A stretch of 64,000 nucleotides of DNA, taken from Amoeboaphelidium protococcarum X5 (lineage: Eukaryota > Fungi > Aphelidiomycota). Location of the stretch: contig JALDTO010000251.1 in NCBI GenBank assembly GCA_023515725.1, forward strand, positions 682,001 through 746,000, in the 5' to 3' direction. A model generated the notes under the pieces. The model ran no database searches, was not told where the DNA came from, and worked only from the letters and a program-made list of their open reading frames with translations. Below are positions 27,728 to 39,669 of this stretch, in pieces; the first letter of the stretch is position 1, and each line of letters opens with the position of its first letter. The position numbers and the translations under genes are program-made.

Positions 27728-28149
27728 TCAATTCATATCAACACCGCGATTTTATAAGTACTATTTAGCTTCAATAATTTCCTACCAACACTCATATGTA
27801 TCTTACAACTTTTGTGTGAATAGAAATGTATAATAAAGCACTTACCCGTTGCAACTCTTGATAAGCTTCAGGACAGTCGTTGATTGTCAAAACGTTGTAT
27901 ATCAATGTCAGTGCGCAATATGCACCAAATAATATTAATAGAATCAATGGAAGCTACACTAGAGATACATCACTATATTAAAGCCACTCTAGATACAAAA
28001 GATAATAAACTTACAAATGGCAAGACAGTTTTCGAGGTACTAGACAATCCAAGTACAGACTAAGACTGGAATAAATCAAACAAAACCACACCATAAAGTG
28101 ACATGAATGCAAAACTAGGCGAGAACAAGCGCATCAATAATTTGCCCAT
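27728..28149 (-). CDS. DPM3: Dolichol-phosphate mannosyltransferase subunit 3, 2 introns (27954-28014, 27782-27845)
   Basis: LPLILLILFGAYCALTLIYNVLTINDCPEAYQELQR|EIIEAKQYLQNRGVDMN matches the DPM3 signature. Confidence 0.9.
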
Positions 28150-28497
28150 AATGTCTTAAATGATTCTGACTGATATTATATCTACAGGTGATGCACAATA
28201 TATCAGAGAACAGTCAATGCAACACAAGTATAATGCTCTCTGTTGTTCAAAGAGAAACGGAGAAAAGAAACGAAACGCGTCGCGAAAAGTCTCTGAAGCG
28301 CAGAAAGTCTCTGCAGAAACTGGTGATTGTGCTTGTCGGCTGTATAAGGCAATAAAGAATATAAAGAAAAAGATATCTGAAGAAGCTCAATATGCAAATA
28401 TCATTATTTTGGGGAGAAACAGATTTTCATGCAAACTAGATCAACCATTGAGAATATGGGAACTGAAGAAAAGGAATGGATATACGGACCAATTTGC

Positions 28498-29436
28498 TCA
28501 CTACGCACCAGCGTTCAAACTCTTCTAAGCCGCCGGAACAATAACGAGAATGATGACAACAACGAGCACTGCCACTAGAATAATACAAGACACTGCCAAA
28601 CACCACTTGCGTCTACGGACAGAGTGAGCAGTTTTAATAGCGCGAGTCATTTCAGCATTACTAGCCTCAGTGTAAACCTTGGCACCTTCAATGTGCTGAC
28701 TGATAGACTCAATCTGAGCATTTTGCATATTTACAAGTTCATCCAAATCTGTAAATAGCGTGGCCAATTCTTCAATCTACTCAGCCAGCTAAGTCAAATC
28801 ATGCTATCTACTCTTCACATCCTTCAACAGACTCTTGGCCTCTTCATTATACGTACTACGAAGGATGTGATTGGCAAACACTTGTTCATTACTAAAGTCA
28901 GTCTTGTTGTTAATAATCTCTTCAATCTCGTACTGAGTAGCAGCAGGATTCACAATTTTATACTCACGCTCAAATCTGGCGCGCTATCGGCGCTACTGCT
29001 CCTCTTAATTTCTCTGATACGAGATGATAATGTCCCGCATTTTGGTGGCATGGGCAGTGTATTGAGTATTGGCCATTCTGTAATCAGCACTTCCGGGTAA
29101 CAATTCGCTCTTAATGATATTCTAAATCTCTTTTAATCTATTGCGAATCTTGAGTGCGAGAGAGTTGGCATCGCGATTCATAGCCTCGATTTCCTGTCTA
29201 GTCTCTATCAGAGTATCCGTATTGTTCTACTCAAATACGCGCTATGCTTTGCGCTACTTACCCTCCACCTGATCTATCAAGGATTGCAAGTCAGAGATCT
29301 ACTTTGACACAGAGTCCAGACAGGCCAAGATGTCATTCAGCGAGTGACCAGAGGATGTGCGGATAGAAGTCAATTCCATAGACTCGCCATTATTGCGGCT
29401 GGTAGTACTCAAAAAATCACCCGTTCGATCTCGCAT
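28498..29436 (-). CDS. Plasma-membrane type syntaxin (Qa-SNARE, Sso1/STX1-like), 312 aa
   Basis: MRDRTGDF N-peptide, Habc region, IVNPAATQYEIE, SNARE motif LATLFTDLDELVNMQNAQIESI, RRRKW followed by a C-terminal TM. Confidence 0.92.
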
Positions 29437-29840
29437 ATTCACTTGATACATAATTGACAGTATTTAAATTTAATATAGATTTGATATAAAACTAGAGAGA
29501 TTGCAATATGTAATAACCAGCGAGAAAGCTTCTTTGTGTCACAAAAAGGATAAGAAGAGATTTCCTACTGAATATCAACGCGCCGCTATTATGGAGAAAT
29601 TGAAAAACAAAACAGGGACGCGTCGGACGGGGAGTGATTCAGCGACCGCCAACGTGTCAAGGGGAAATACATTGCGCACTGACAAGCTAATCTACTGTAC
29701 TCTCTGGTCTCACATTGAGGCATTGATATTAGACATACAGATAAAAAAATAGTAATTTATAGTTATGACACTCAAATATAACAATGACATCAGCATAATC
29801 AACCGAATATAACATCAGTGGTCTCTGGACAGCCATAATT

Positions 29841-31133
29841 TCATTCAAGCATCTTTTAAAGTTTTCGGAGAGAATCAAGTTTCAACTGCGCGATTTTAGC
29901 ACACATCTAACAATCTTGAGATGGCATCTGAGTTATATTCATTATTCTCTAATATCCGGGGGATCGTTGATGAAAAGGGACCTGCCGCCATTTCTACCTC
30001 CGATTGTATTCATCATCATCACGTAATACGAGTTGGATATCTTTTACGGCATCTTGAAAGGATCTGCTTTAGTATTGAGAATCTACGCGGCCATCAACCT
30101 GAAGAAAATTCAGATCCTTGCGCGGAGGCATCAATATTGCACTATCGTTTGAGGGCATAAAATCAGACACAACATTTGGAGCGCCTAGATATATAGGCAC
30201 ACAACCCCATCGATAAGAATCCCACAGCTTTTCAGATACATAGTCGCGAGCATTACTGTTCTCAATAGCTACACATACCCTATAATGCTTGGCTAGCAGT
30301 TCTTTATTTACTCCACCTTTAAAGACATTCGCAGTCCAAGACTTATCATTGCCAATAGTCATAACTTTATCCTGATTATGCAAGCAAGTTCCATACGCAT
30401 GAATAGGTACACCGGCCTCCATGAGATCGCGCACAATATCTTCACGGCCATTCCGGGGATCACAGTTCTTCTGCACGTACAACACCGCAGGATATCGATG
30501 ATCAAGCCCAATGGCAGGGGGAGAGTAATACTCGGAAGCGTTACTAAAGTATCTAAGCACGACATCAGAATCTAATCTATAAGTCATGAGGAGATCAAAT
30601 TTGCTCATATACTCGACATCATTCATTCGTGCATAATATCCTGACGATTCGTATGAGAAGCCAATACTCCAACTTGTCTGAACGCCATTCTGCATCCTCA
30701 CCGGTTCCTATTAGCCAAAGTGAGTGGGAATATGATACCATAAGGCGTCAATGTAATCTTAGTTGACATCTTCTGTTCGTTTGAACATGTGACATTTAAT
30801 CGTCTCATTTCCCAGCCGACATCTTTTAATCTCGCCACCAAAATCATTACCCAGATAGTGTTTATTCTAAATCTTGATATTAACCTCGAGATGTCTTCGC
30901 TCACTATAGGACGATTACTGAGTGGAAGACGAATTTGGATGTAAAAGGGAGGATCTATTATATTCAGATGTTATTGGTGATGACTTTGCAGGAGAGTCAG
31001 GCTTTCTGCCTCTACTACCGTACCATTAATCAGAGTTGAAGAGCTTGTATTTGAACGCCACGAATAAGTTTAACACCACAATTAATTAAACTACCGCTGG
31101 AATTATAAACCGCCGACTCCATACAGACTTCAT
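29841..31133 (-). CDS. Alpha-1,3/4-fucosyltransferase (CAZy GT10), type II membrane, 430 aa
   Basis: N-terminal TM, FDLLMTYRLDSDV, and the GT10 motif YRVCVAIENSNARDYVSEKLWDSYRWGCVPIYLG. Confidence 0.9.
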
Positions 31134-31565
31134 CTCTGACAATAAGCAATTTAAAACAAGAAACCAAATCCCCGAGACTATACAACTGCTGTAATAATAG
31201 TAGATGAACGAATGAATTCTACTGAGAGGTTGAAACGAAAATTTTACCGAGAACGGTATGGCTACACTCGCTTCCCTGCCTGCTCGCCTAAGTGGCAGCA
31301 CTGAGAGGGAACGCGTCATCGTGTTTCAAATTCACTTTATTTCTCCACGACGCATCTCTATTGAATGATCGCGTTCTCTGCTCATCATTATAGCCCAGAG
31401 AGTTAGTTAGTTAGACAGACGGCTCGTTTGTTTCATTCCGCTTCGTCTCTCTCTTCTTTCCTTCTATCTAGCTATTCCTCCTTTTGCTTGTATATTTTAT
31501 CAAGCCAGTTCGAAAAGTCATAGTCGACAAATTCAATAGTTTTACTTTAATAGAGTTATTAAATT

Positions 31566-34214
31566 ATGTTTTGGAGATTCGGATTCCAGTAGACGTCATC
31601 TAATATTGAGAATCTTTTGGATAGAGAGGGCGGATGTACATTGTATGAGTTGTTCCGAGAGGATGAACTACTGCAAGAAGTCAAGACTTAGAACAACAAG
31701 GTTATTGAATTGTAAGAACTACTTTTCACCATTGAAATATAATTTTGAATTAATGATAATGCCAGTTGTAGTCTTTGTCAAGAGAACAACCTCAAGTAAA
31801 TTATTACTTGGTTGTGTGGTATTCCAGAGACTGAAGTGGAGTAGAATGAATTATTGGCGGATGAGCGCTTCAAGTTTCCATTTGTGGCTTCAGAGATTTT
31901 GTGCTGTGAGACTAATGCTTTCATTAATGAACTTGTGGATAGTCACATGGAGTTTATGGATATTTTATACTCTATTATCGACACTGAACAAGATATCAAT
32001 CCGGTTAATGCGGGGTATTTCAATAAAGTTGTCGGAACTCTGTTGGTGAAGCGAACGCATGAAACTTTGCAGTACCTGAGGTAGAAGTAGAATTGCGTCC
32101 AATAACTTCTTCGTCATGCTTGCACTTTTGCTATTGGTGATGTCATCCTTAAAATTATAGCGTGCGATACTTATGAAGAAGGACATGATATTACCGGGTG
32201 GCTCTCGGAGGCGGCGTTAATTGATAAAATGTTTGATATGTTCAATCCCGCACTTGATTATCAGTGGCATTCCACAGCTCAGTTGTTACTCGTGGACATA
32301 ATTTCTGTCTATTCATAATCCCAGATTGTGGACTCTGATCTATTGAGTTGTAATGCGTTAGTACAGTAAATAAAAGGAAAGTAGAATGTGGAGAAGTTGA
32401 TTTCGTTCATTACGCGGCCACCAGGTGATAATATTCAGTAGTAGTCATCTTGTATCGTTTATGGTGTAAAGTTGCTGACTGAATTGATCAAACATTATAC
32501 TCAGAGTGATGAAGATGATATGGCATCTCAGATGAGTGAAGGTGGTGGCGGCGGTGAGTTCGGAGCTATGACAGCGCCTGCACCTATCATTAAGAGAGAT
32601 CCGCTGAATATTGATGAGCTGATTGATGTGGTTTGCAGTAACGATACCGTGGTTTAACTGAAGAATATTCTGTAGAAGCCGGTTGGTAAATTAGTGCCCA
32701 GGGATTTAAGCACAGGAATACTTATACCTTTTGGTGGTGAGAGACTTGCGGTGGTTGAATTCTTTGTCAATTTATTGGAGGCTGCTAGTGGTAAGGTGCA
32801 CTCCAATCTAGGTACTCTGGCCAACTTGGCATCTTTATAATCTATGGATAGTCAGTAGCATGAAAATACCAAGCCTGCAGTGTTTAAGCTTCTTCTTGAT
32901 AATGGCATTCTATCTATAATCATGGGGTATTTCTTTCAATTCACTTGGAATAATCTGCTGCATAATTTGGTGATTTAACTTTTGGATAATCTATTTAATG
33001 CACCGCTGTAGTATTCAGAACAGTTAATCATATCCTTATTTAAGGATGCTGAATTGTGTAAATAGATTTGTAAAGCCAACAAGTAGAATCAGGTTAGTGT
33101 AGCACAGCCAAAATCGTTGAGACTTGGCAATATGGGACACATCACTCTGATGACTGAAAAAATACTGCGCTTCATCTCCAGACACAGCGGTGGTAGCAGT
33201 AGCGATGATGGTGATGGAAAAGAACCTGCTTAAAGTGAATTGTAATTGCATGTTATTGCGCCGTTGACCAATGATGAGGAGTGGTAGGAATACGTCAATG
33301 GGTGGTATAAAGATGCAGAATTGAAGAATAACAGGTAATTTGCGGGTGGAAAGCCTGTATTTATACCGTCTCCACTCAGCGCTGGAATGAATGGATTAAC
33401 ACTGTCCACTCCTGGGAATGGCAGTGCCTAGAATACTCAACTATCATCTGGTGAGATTGATCAGTAGTAGGCGTAAAGTTTATCGTACTTTGACATGTCA
33501 TCGGATTAAATGGCTAGATTTATGATCCAGTAGGTGATTTCAGATTTCCCAAATCGTTATGGGTCCACCTCTGCCGGATCTGCGGATGATGACGATGATG
33601 CTGGTGGTTGGGTGGATTATCAGAGTTTTGGTTTATAAAATAATAATCCAAGTTCCTTGCCTAGGAACAACGATGATGGTAATAAGAATCAAGTTGATTA
33701 AACGAGAATTTCCATTGGTGAAGAGGATGAAACTGCTGACAATGATGATGATGGTGATGATAGTCCTGGTGCCACTAACGGTCAAGGCAAGCGATAAATG
33801 AAGTAGAATCCTGCTTCATCTGACGCGTCTAATTTGTAAGGGAAAGCATTTTTAGATCAACTGTTTGGTGCTCCTGTTTTATAAACTGATCTGTTTGCTG
33901 CTATTGAGACTTCACATAATACCACCGAAATATCTGTAGATCATATTACATCCATTGGTACGGCAACTTCACAAAACGGGAATGATTCTGCTGATTCTAC
34001 AACAAAGGACGTGGTGTAAGAGTCTAATGATATTGCTGACTAAGTTGTTGGTCAAGTCAAAGATGTGAAATTGCACGATTAGGAAGATGATCGACTAAAT
34101 GAAGGTGCAATACAATAGGAAAGTGACTCCGTCGTATCTCAAAAACAGGATGATGGCAAGCAGTCTTCGGAGTCTAACGCGTAAGACTAGAGTAGCAATA
34201 TCAAGGGAGAATGA
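31566..34214 (+). CDS. SIT4/PP6 phosphatase-associated protein (SAPS family), one intron (31712-31771)
   Basis: MFWRFG, EDELLQEVKTQNNKVIEF|L, RFKFPFVASEILCCE, YFFQFTWNNLLH, RLGNMGHITLM, then an acidic disordered tail. Confidence 0.93.
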
Positions 34215-34364
34215 AATTGAGTTTTGTATTGTATTATTAACTACCAGTTATAACTAAAATTGCTATAATTTGTCATTTTTCAATAGTATTTTATTCGATC
34301 ATAGTATAATACATTCATAATATTTCTAGCAAGATTAAATCCATAATAATTCAAATTCGAGGTT

Positions 34365-35930
34365 TCAATTTCTCTTTTAAACCGTGACTTTGAGTCCATT
34401 CTTCATTAGCAATGTAAGCCCAATGGCATGCTGAATCTCCTCCTCAGGCATAGCAAGCTTAAAATCAAACTGATCCAACACGAGTACCAGAGCAGTGATA
34501 GCCTCCAAGTATGCCATCTATTGACCAAGACAAAGTCGTGGACCAGCATTAAACGCGAGAAACTTATAAGGGGAATGATTTTGGTCTATAAAGCGCTCTG
34601 GTTTAAACTCCAAAACATCTTCGCCCCATATACTCTCCAGTCTGCCCATGACATAGGATGAAAATACAAACACCTCCCCCTTCTTCAAGTGAACTCCATT
34701 AGGCAATGTTACATCTTCTAATGCTCCCTTGGATTGACGCGGAACTGCAGGGTGCAATCTTAAAGTTTCATAGAACACAGCTTTAGCGTACGACAACTTG
34801 ATCACTTCATCATAACTCGGTCTAGACAAGTCGTCAATACTGAAGTCTGTAATTTGACTTTAAAATTCATTGCGAATCTTCTCAATCACTTCCGGATGCT
34901 TGAACAACTCAGTGAAAGCCCAACTCAATGTCTGTGCAGTTGTATCTCTACCGGCAATTATCAAGTTCATGATAGTGTCCCGCAGTTCCTGATCACTATA
35001 CAATTCACCAGTCTCTTCATCGCGTAAACGCATAAATCTACTAAGCAAATCATCTTTATTATCTTTATCTGGATCCTGACGACGCTCTTCAATGCACTGA
35101 GATGAAAATTCATTAATCGTTTTCACACAATCTCTCATAATCTGCGCGGATCCATCAAAATACTCTGTAATTGGCCAGATGGAAGACATTGTACGAAGAG
35201 CAGTGATATGCTGAGCCTTATCAAAAGCCGCAGCAAATGCAACAGGACCCTGATCGCCATCTAAATAAGACTGTAAGCAATGTAATTACTTACCAAAACC
35301 AATAAGGCTGAAAGAATCCAACGTGAATCGATGAAATAAATCATACAAATCCACGACCGTTCCCTCAGACGCAGCCTTATCTAGAATCTTTATCAGCAAA
35401 TCAGTCCCTTCCCGGAATACAGTCATAAAATATTCCCTAAAGTTCTTCACATGAAATATCTAACTGGTAGCCTTACGCTAAGCCAACCAACGAGGTCCAT
35501 CCGATGCGAATATCCCTTTACCAAGAAGCTGCGAGAGTAAATGCTTCAATTCGGGCGACTTTTCAAACAATTCAAATTTCGTCTTGAGCGCAAACTCGAC
35601 ACACTCAGGATCGGTAGTGACAAAGTGCCGCGGAATGAAGGGCAGATTAACCATCCAAGTTTTGGGCTTACCTACATATTTCACCGCACCATCCTTAGAG
35701 TACACCTTGTCATGAAATTTCAATGTATACTCCACCAGCGAGTCAAAGCTTTGCCCCAGTGTCACTATGCACTCTATTAAGTTATCCAACAGGGGAACAA
35801 TTACCGGACCCGGAACGCCTCTTCTGACACTTTTCCCCTTGTACACTTCATATAGAAATTGCATAACGAAGAATGCCGCCGCACTATATACAAAGTACCA
35901 CAACACATCCATAAAGTTTAAAGTAAACAT
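34365..35930 (-). CDS. Cytochrome P450, fatty-acid omega-hydroxylase-like (CYP86/CYP704/CYP52-type clans), 521 aa
   Basis: LLGKGIFASDGPRWLAQRK, NLIIAGRDTTAQTLSW, ETLRLHP, FKPERF, and heme motif FNAGPRLCLGQQMA. Confidence 0.95.
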
Positions 35931-36847
35931 TATATCGAAAAGAGACAAACTGGTGGATGAGATATAAAGAGGCGAGAGACAAAGAATTTCAAAACAGCGC
36001 TAGTGTTTGGTGGAAAGATAATGGTGGGAAGGGGGCCAGGTGGCTTTGAGACGGACGGAGCAACTGTTTCGCAAACAGTCAGTAAATTAACGTTTCCCAC
36101 TCGTCTGACTCAAGTTATCGCCGCAGTTCAAACAACCGCAAGGCATTTCTTGACGCGTCCAAGCAATTCAGATATTCTAAGATCTACCATGGCAGAAAAA
36201 AGGAACGAGATTATACAAGATTGAACTTTGGCGTCTTAATACACTAAATGTACATGTCGATAATATATTCTCAGTCTGGTGGTGGTTCTTTGAAATATAT
36301 TAAACTTTTGCCTCTTAACGCATTTAAAGTGAAATAGAATATGCACTACACCATTTGCGTCTGACTGCAAGTACTTTGCGCTAAACATCATATAAACTGG
36401 ATGCATGCAGCGACGAGGACTTCTTCACGGTTATTGGCTGGACGTATAGTATTTTGTTCTGTTGTGAACTAGGAATCGATTAGTCACATCATACAACAAA
36501 GATACAGACAATTTGACCTCAGTGAACTAAGAGCTGCAAATTGAAAGTACGCTCTATATCTAAGAGAACTATACCCCTTCTCGATCGCGATTCATGGGGA
36601 GTTTCTAACGGCGATAAAATCCGCGTGTTCTAACGTCATTTTGGCGAACGACTTTCTCATCAAAGAAGAACAAGCAATATAAAACAATTTAAGGCAGTGA
36701 CGATCTCTTTAACTTTGCTGCTATCACATTCTCACTCATCTACCATCTCATCAATAAAATATTTATTGTATAAAGTTGGTATTATTCGATTTGAATTTTA
36801 TATTTCAGATCAATTTATTGTGATTACGATAATAAACTAGAAAGTGA

Positions 36848-38497
36848 ATGAGTAATACACTACGATAGAGTGGTTGTGATCGACAATCTGGGAGTAGTAG
36901 TGCACTGTAGACTGTCTTCAATACGGCTAATGTGATTTTGGGTGTATCGCTCCTTTGTCTCCCGTCTGCATTCTCCAAGTGCGGCTGGCTGTGTGCAATC
37001 TTATTGCTGATGCTATGTGGATATGTGTCTGCTTACTGCGGCAAGATTTTAGGGGCATGTCAGTACAAGTGGCTCAAGATGAAATGGTTAGGCGGCGATT
37101 ATTAGTCATAGATTGCGTCAGATTCTGCAGTTAAATAACAATAGCGGCGATTGTCTAGTTAGCTAGAATCCAAGGAGTCCATGTTATCTATGAAGAAGGA
37201 TGCTCTTGTTACTTACGGTGATATCGGCGAGGCTGCTTTTGGCCTTAAGGGGAGAATGTTTATCCAGATTATGTTCATTTGTGAGTTATTCGCTGGCTCT
37301 GTGGCGATGCTGCTACTTGCCTCTCATTCAGTGGTATTAACTTTGGATCTTTCGCAGTATGAATTGTATGTTAAACTGGTTGCATGGTCGTTAATGACAG
37401 TTTGCACGTGGCCCAAGAGTTTGTCTAATCTATCATATGTCAGTCTGCTCGGTATCGTTTGTATTATAAATCTTACGGCAGTGGTACTATTTGATGGGTT
37501 TTATAAACCAGATGCTATTGGGTCTTTGCGTTCAGTCAGTAACACGTATCTCCTTCCTGAGAAGTGGACATCTGTGCCTGCAGCTTTCGGTTTATTCATG
37601 GCCGGATTCTCTGCTGCCCCATGTTTCCCCGGCTTCTATGCTTCCATGAAGTAGCCGCAAAAGTTTGCTCGTAGTGTAAATGTAGCGTTTGGTTCAGCAT
37701 TCGTCTTGTACATGATTGTGGGCAGCTGCGGTTATTTAATGTTTGGCGATCGAGCGTAGAGTGTAATTACTGAGAATTTACGCGATCCTGCCTATCCTCG
37801 TGTCATTTACTTTATAACCATGGCATTGGTCATTATAAATCCATTTACAAAGTTTCCATTGCTTATATTTCCCATAGTGTTAGAGATTGAGAATTTTCTG
37901 TTTTCGAAAGTTAATGCTGGTGATGATGAATCGATCTTGATTCCTCCGTCTGTATAGAATTCAAAGAGTCATGTAGTGGATACTGATCCTTCTCAATGTG
38001 ACAAAGACGACGACGACGACGATGATGAATAGTCTTAACTTCTTCCTAAAAGTTAAAATGATAGAGAAGGAGAGAATATGTACAAAGGGTATAGTTCGCT
38101 ATGGCTTTATTTAAGAACAACTCTGGTAAAGACATCTATATGTGTGCTTGTCTTGGTAGTGGCTATCATATTTCCACACTTTGACCGCGTACTTGCTCTA
38201 CTTGGTAGTCTGTTTTGTACTATTAACTCCATATTGTTTCCCGTATTATGCTGGCTTGTATTTTCTAGTAGGTAAGGATTTGATGATGGCGAAATCGATT
38301 CTGCTGCACCTCTTGCCGCAGGCTCTGTTTTAAAATCTTATTAACAATAGCTATGTATCTTTGAAGACAAAGACTCTGATAGAATGTTAAAATCAACATT
38401 GCTTAAGCGTATTGTGGCTGTCTGTGTACTATCCCTCTTTTTCGCACTGGCTGTGATGGGAACAGTGTTTTGTATTTATGAGCAGATTTATCATTGA
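36848..38497 (+). CDS. AAAP family amino acid transporter, Avt1-like, 549 aa
   Basis: SSALQTVFNTANVILGVSLLCLPSAF..GW, TYGDIGEAAFG, AFGLFMAGFSAAPCFPGFYASMKQPQKF, GYLMFG, NPFTKFPL, PHFDRVLALLGS. Confidence 0.92.
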
Positions 38498-38670
38498 TGC
38501 ATAAGCTTAGTGTGTACGTACAATAAATGATTAGAACATCAATTACGCGTTTATTTACTTCCTTTTTACGACCATAGTAGTTTTATTATAAAAGTTATAG
38601 TCTTTGCGTGCACTTTTATAGTTTCAATTCGCCGTGATCTGCTTTAACGTTTTGTATTTAATGTCATAGA

Positions 38671-39576
38671 ATGAACGAAGATTAGTAATAAGAGATTGAA
38701 GTCTTGTAGTCAATATACGCGCCGGAAGAGCTACAAGTCGCTGAGGATAATCGGATTATATATCGACTTCATTTGAACGCGCAGTAATAAGATGGTAGTG
38801 TCGCCGTGTTAATCGAGATTGAAATGCCTCAGGATTATCCATCAGAAAGTGCTCCGAAGATCACAATTAGGGAGTCATTCAATTGCCCGGTAAAATGGCT
38901 GACTTCTGATAAGGACTTCATGTAACGCGTTAACAATGATCTTCAGTAGCGATACACTGATACTAAATCTTCCATTATATATGACTGGATCGAGTACTTG
39001 CGCGAACAATTATAGTCGCGTCTCGATTTAGAGCTGTCATAGCAAGATGGAGATTTAAGGTAGTGGCTTGATCGGCGATAAACCCAATCTTCTTAAAATT
39101 AAGTATCTGCAGCTACTGGCGTTCTTAATAACGATCATTCATTGCACAAAGGTGATGAGGCTATGAAGGCTATTAACTATATTGACTCTGAAGCTCAAAA
39201 GAGATAAACTTCGATCAAGATTGTGTCGTCAGAAGAACCCATAGTGGACAGAAAGTCAATTTTTGTGGCACATATGGCAAGGATTAGTAATAAAGATTAG
39301 ATTGCACAAGTCTTGGATACTCTTCTTCAGAACAGCAAAATTCGGAAAGCAAGTCATAATATCGTCGCGTATCGAATTGATAACGTTGATTATGGTTATG
39401 ATGACGATGGCGAAGGAGGTGCCGGTATTCGATTGCTGAGTATGCTTGAGAGCGGTGGCTACGTTAAGGTTGTTGTTATTGTGTCGCGCTGGTTTGGTGG
39501 AACTCATTTAGGCAGTGATAGATTTAAGCACATTTCAAACAGTGCAAAGTAGTTGCTTCAAAAAGAGTACAAGTGA
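38671..39576 (+). CDS. IMPACT: IMPACT/Yih1 (RWD + UPF0029), 301 aa
   Basis: QEIEVLQSIY, MPQDYPS..P, IVDRKSIFVAH, KASHNIVAYRI, DDDGEGGAG.RLL, VSRWFGGTHLGSDRFKHI. Confidence 0.95.
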
Positions 39577-39669
39577 ATTGATTAATCCTAAACATCAATT
39601 ATTTATTCATTTTGTTAACATCAGAATACGCAATATCAGTGTACTAATAAAATCCATACATTATCATCA

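Noticed and set aside
28160-28528. 122-aa plus-strand ORF between DPM3 and syntaxin
   Set aside because: It spans the GA-rich promoter tract of DPM3 and overlaps the syntaxin end, with no family signal.
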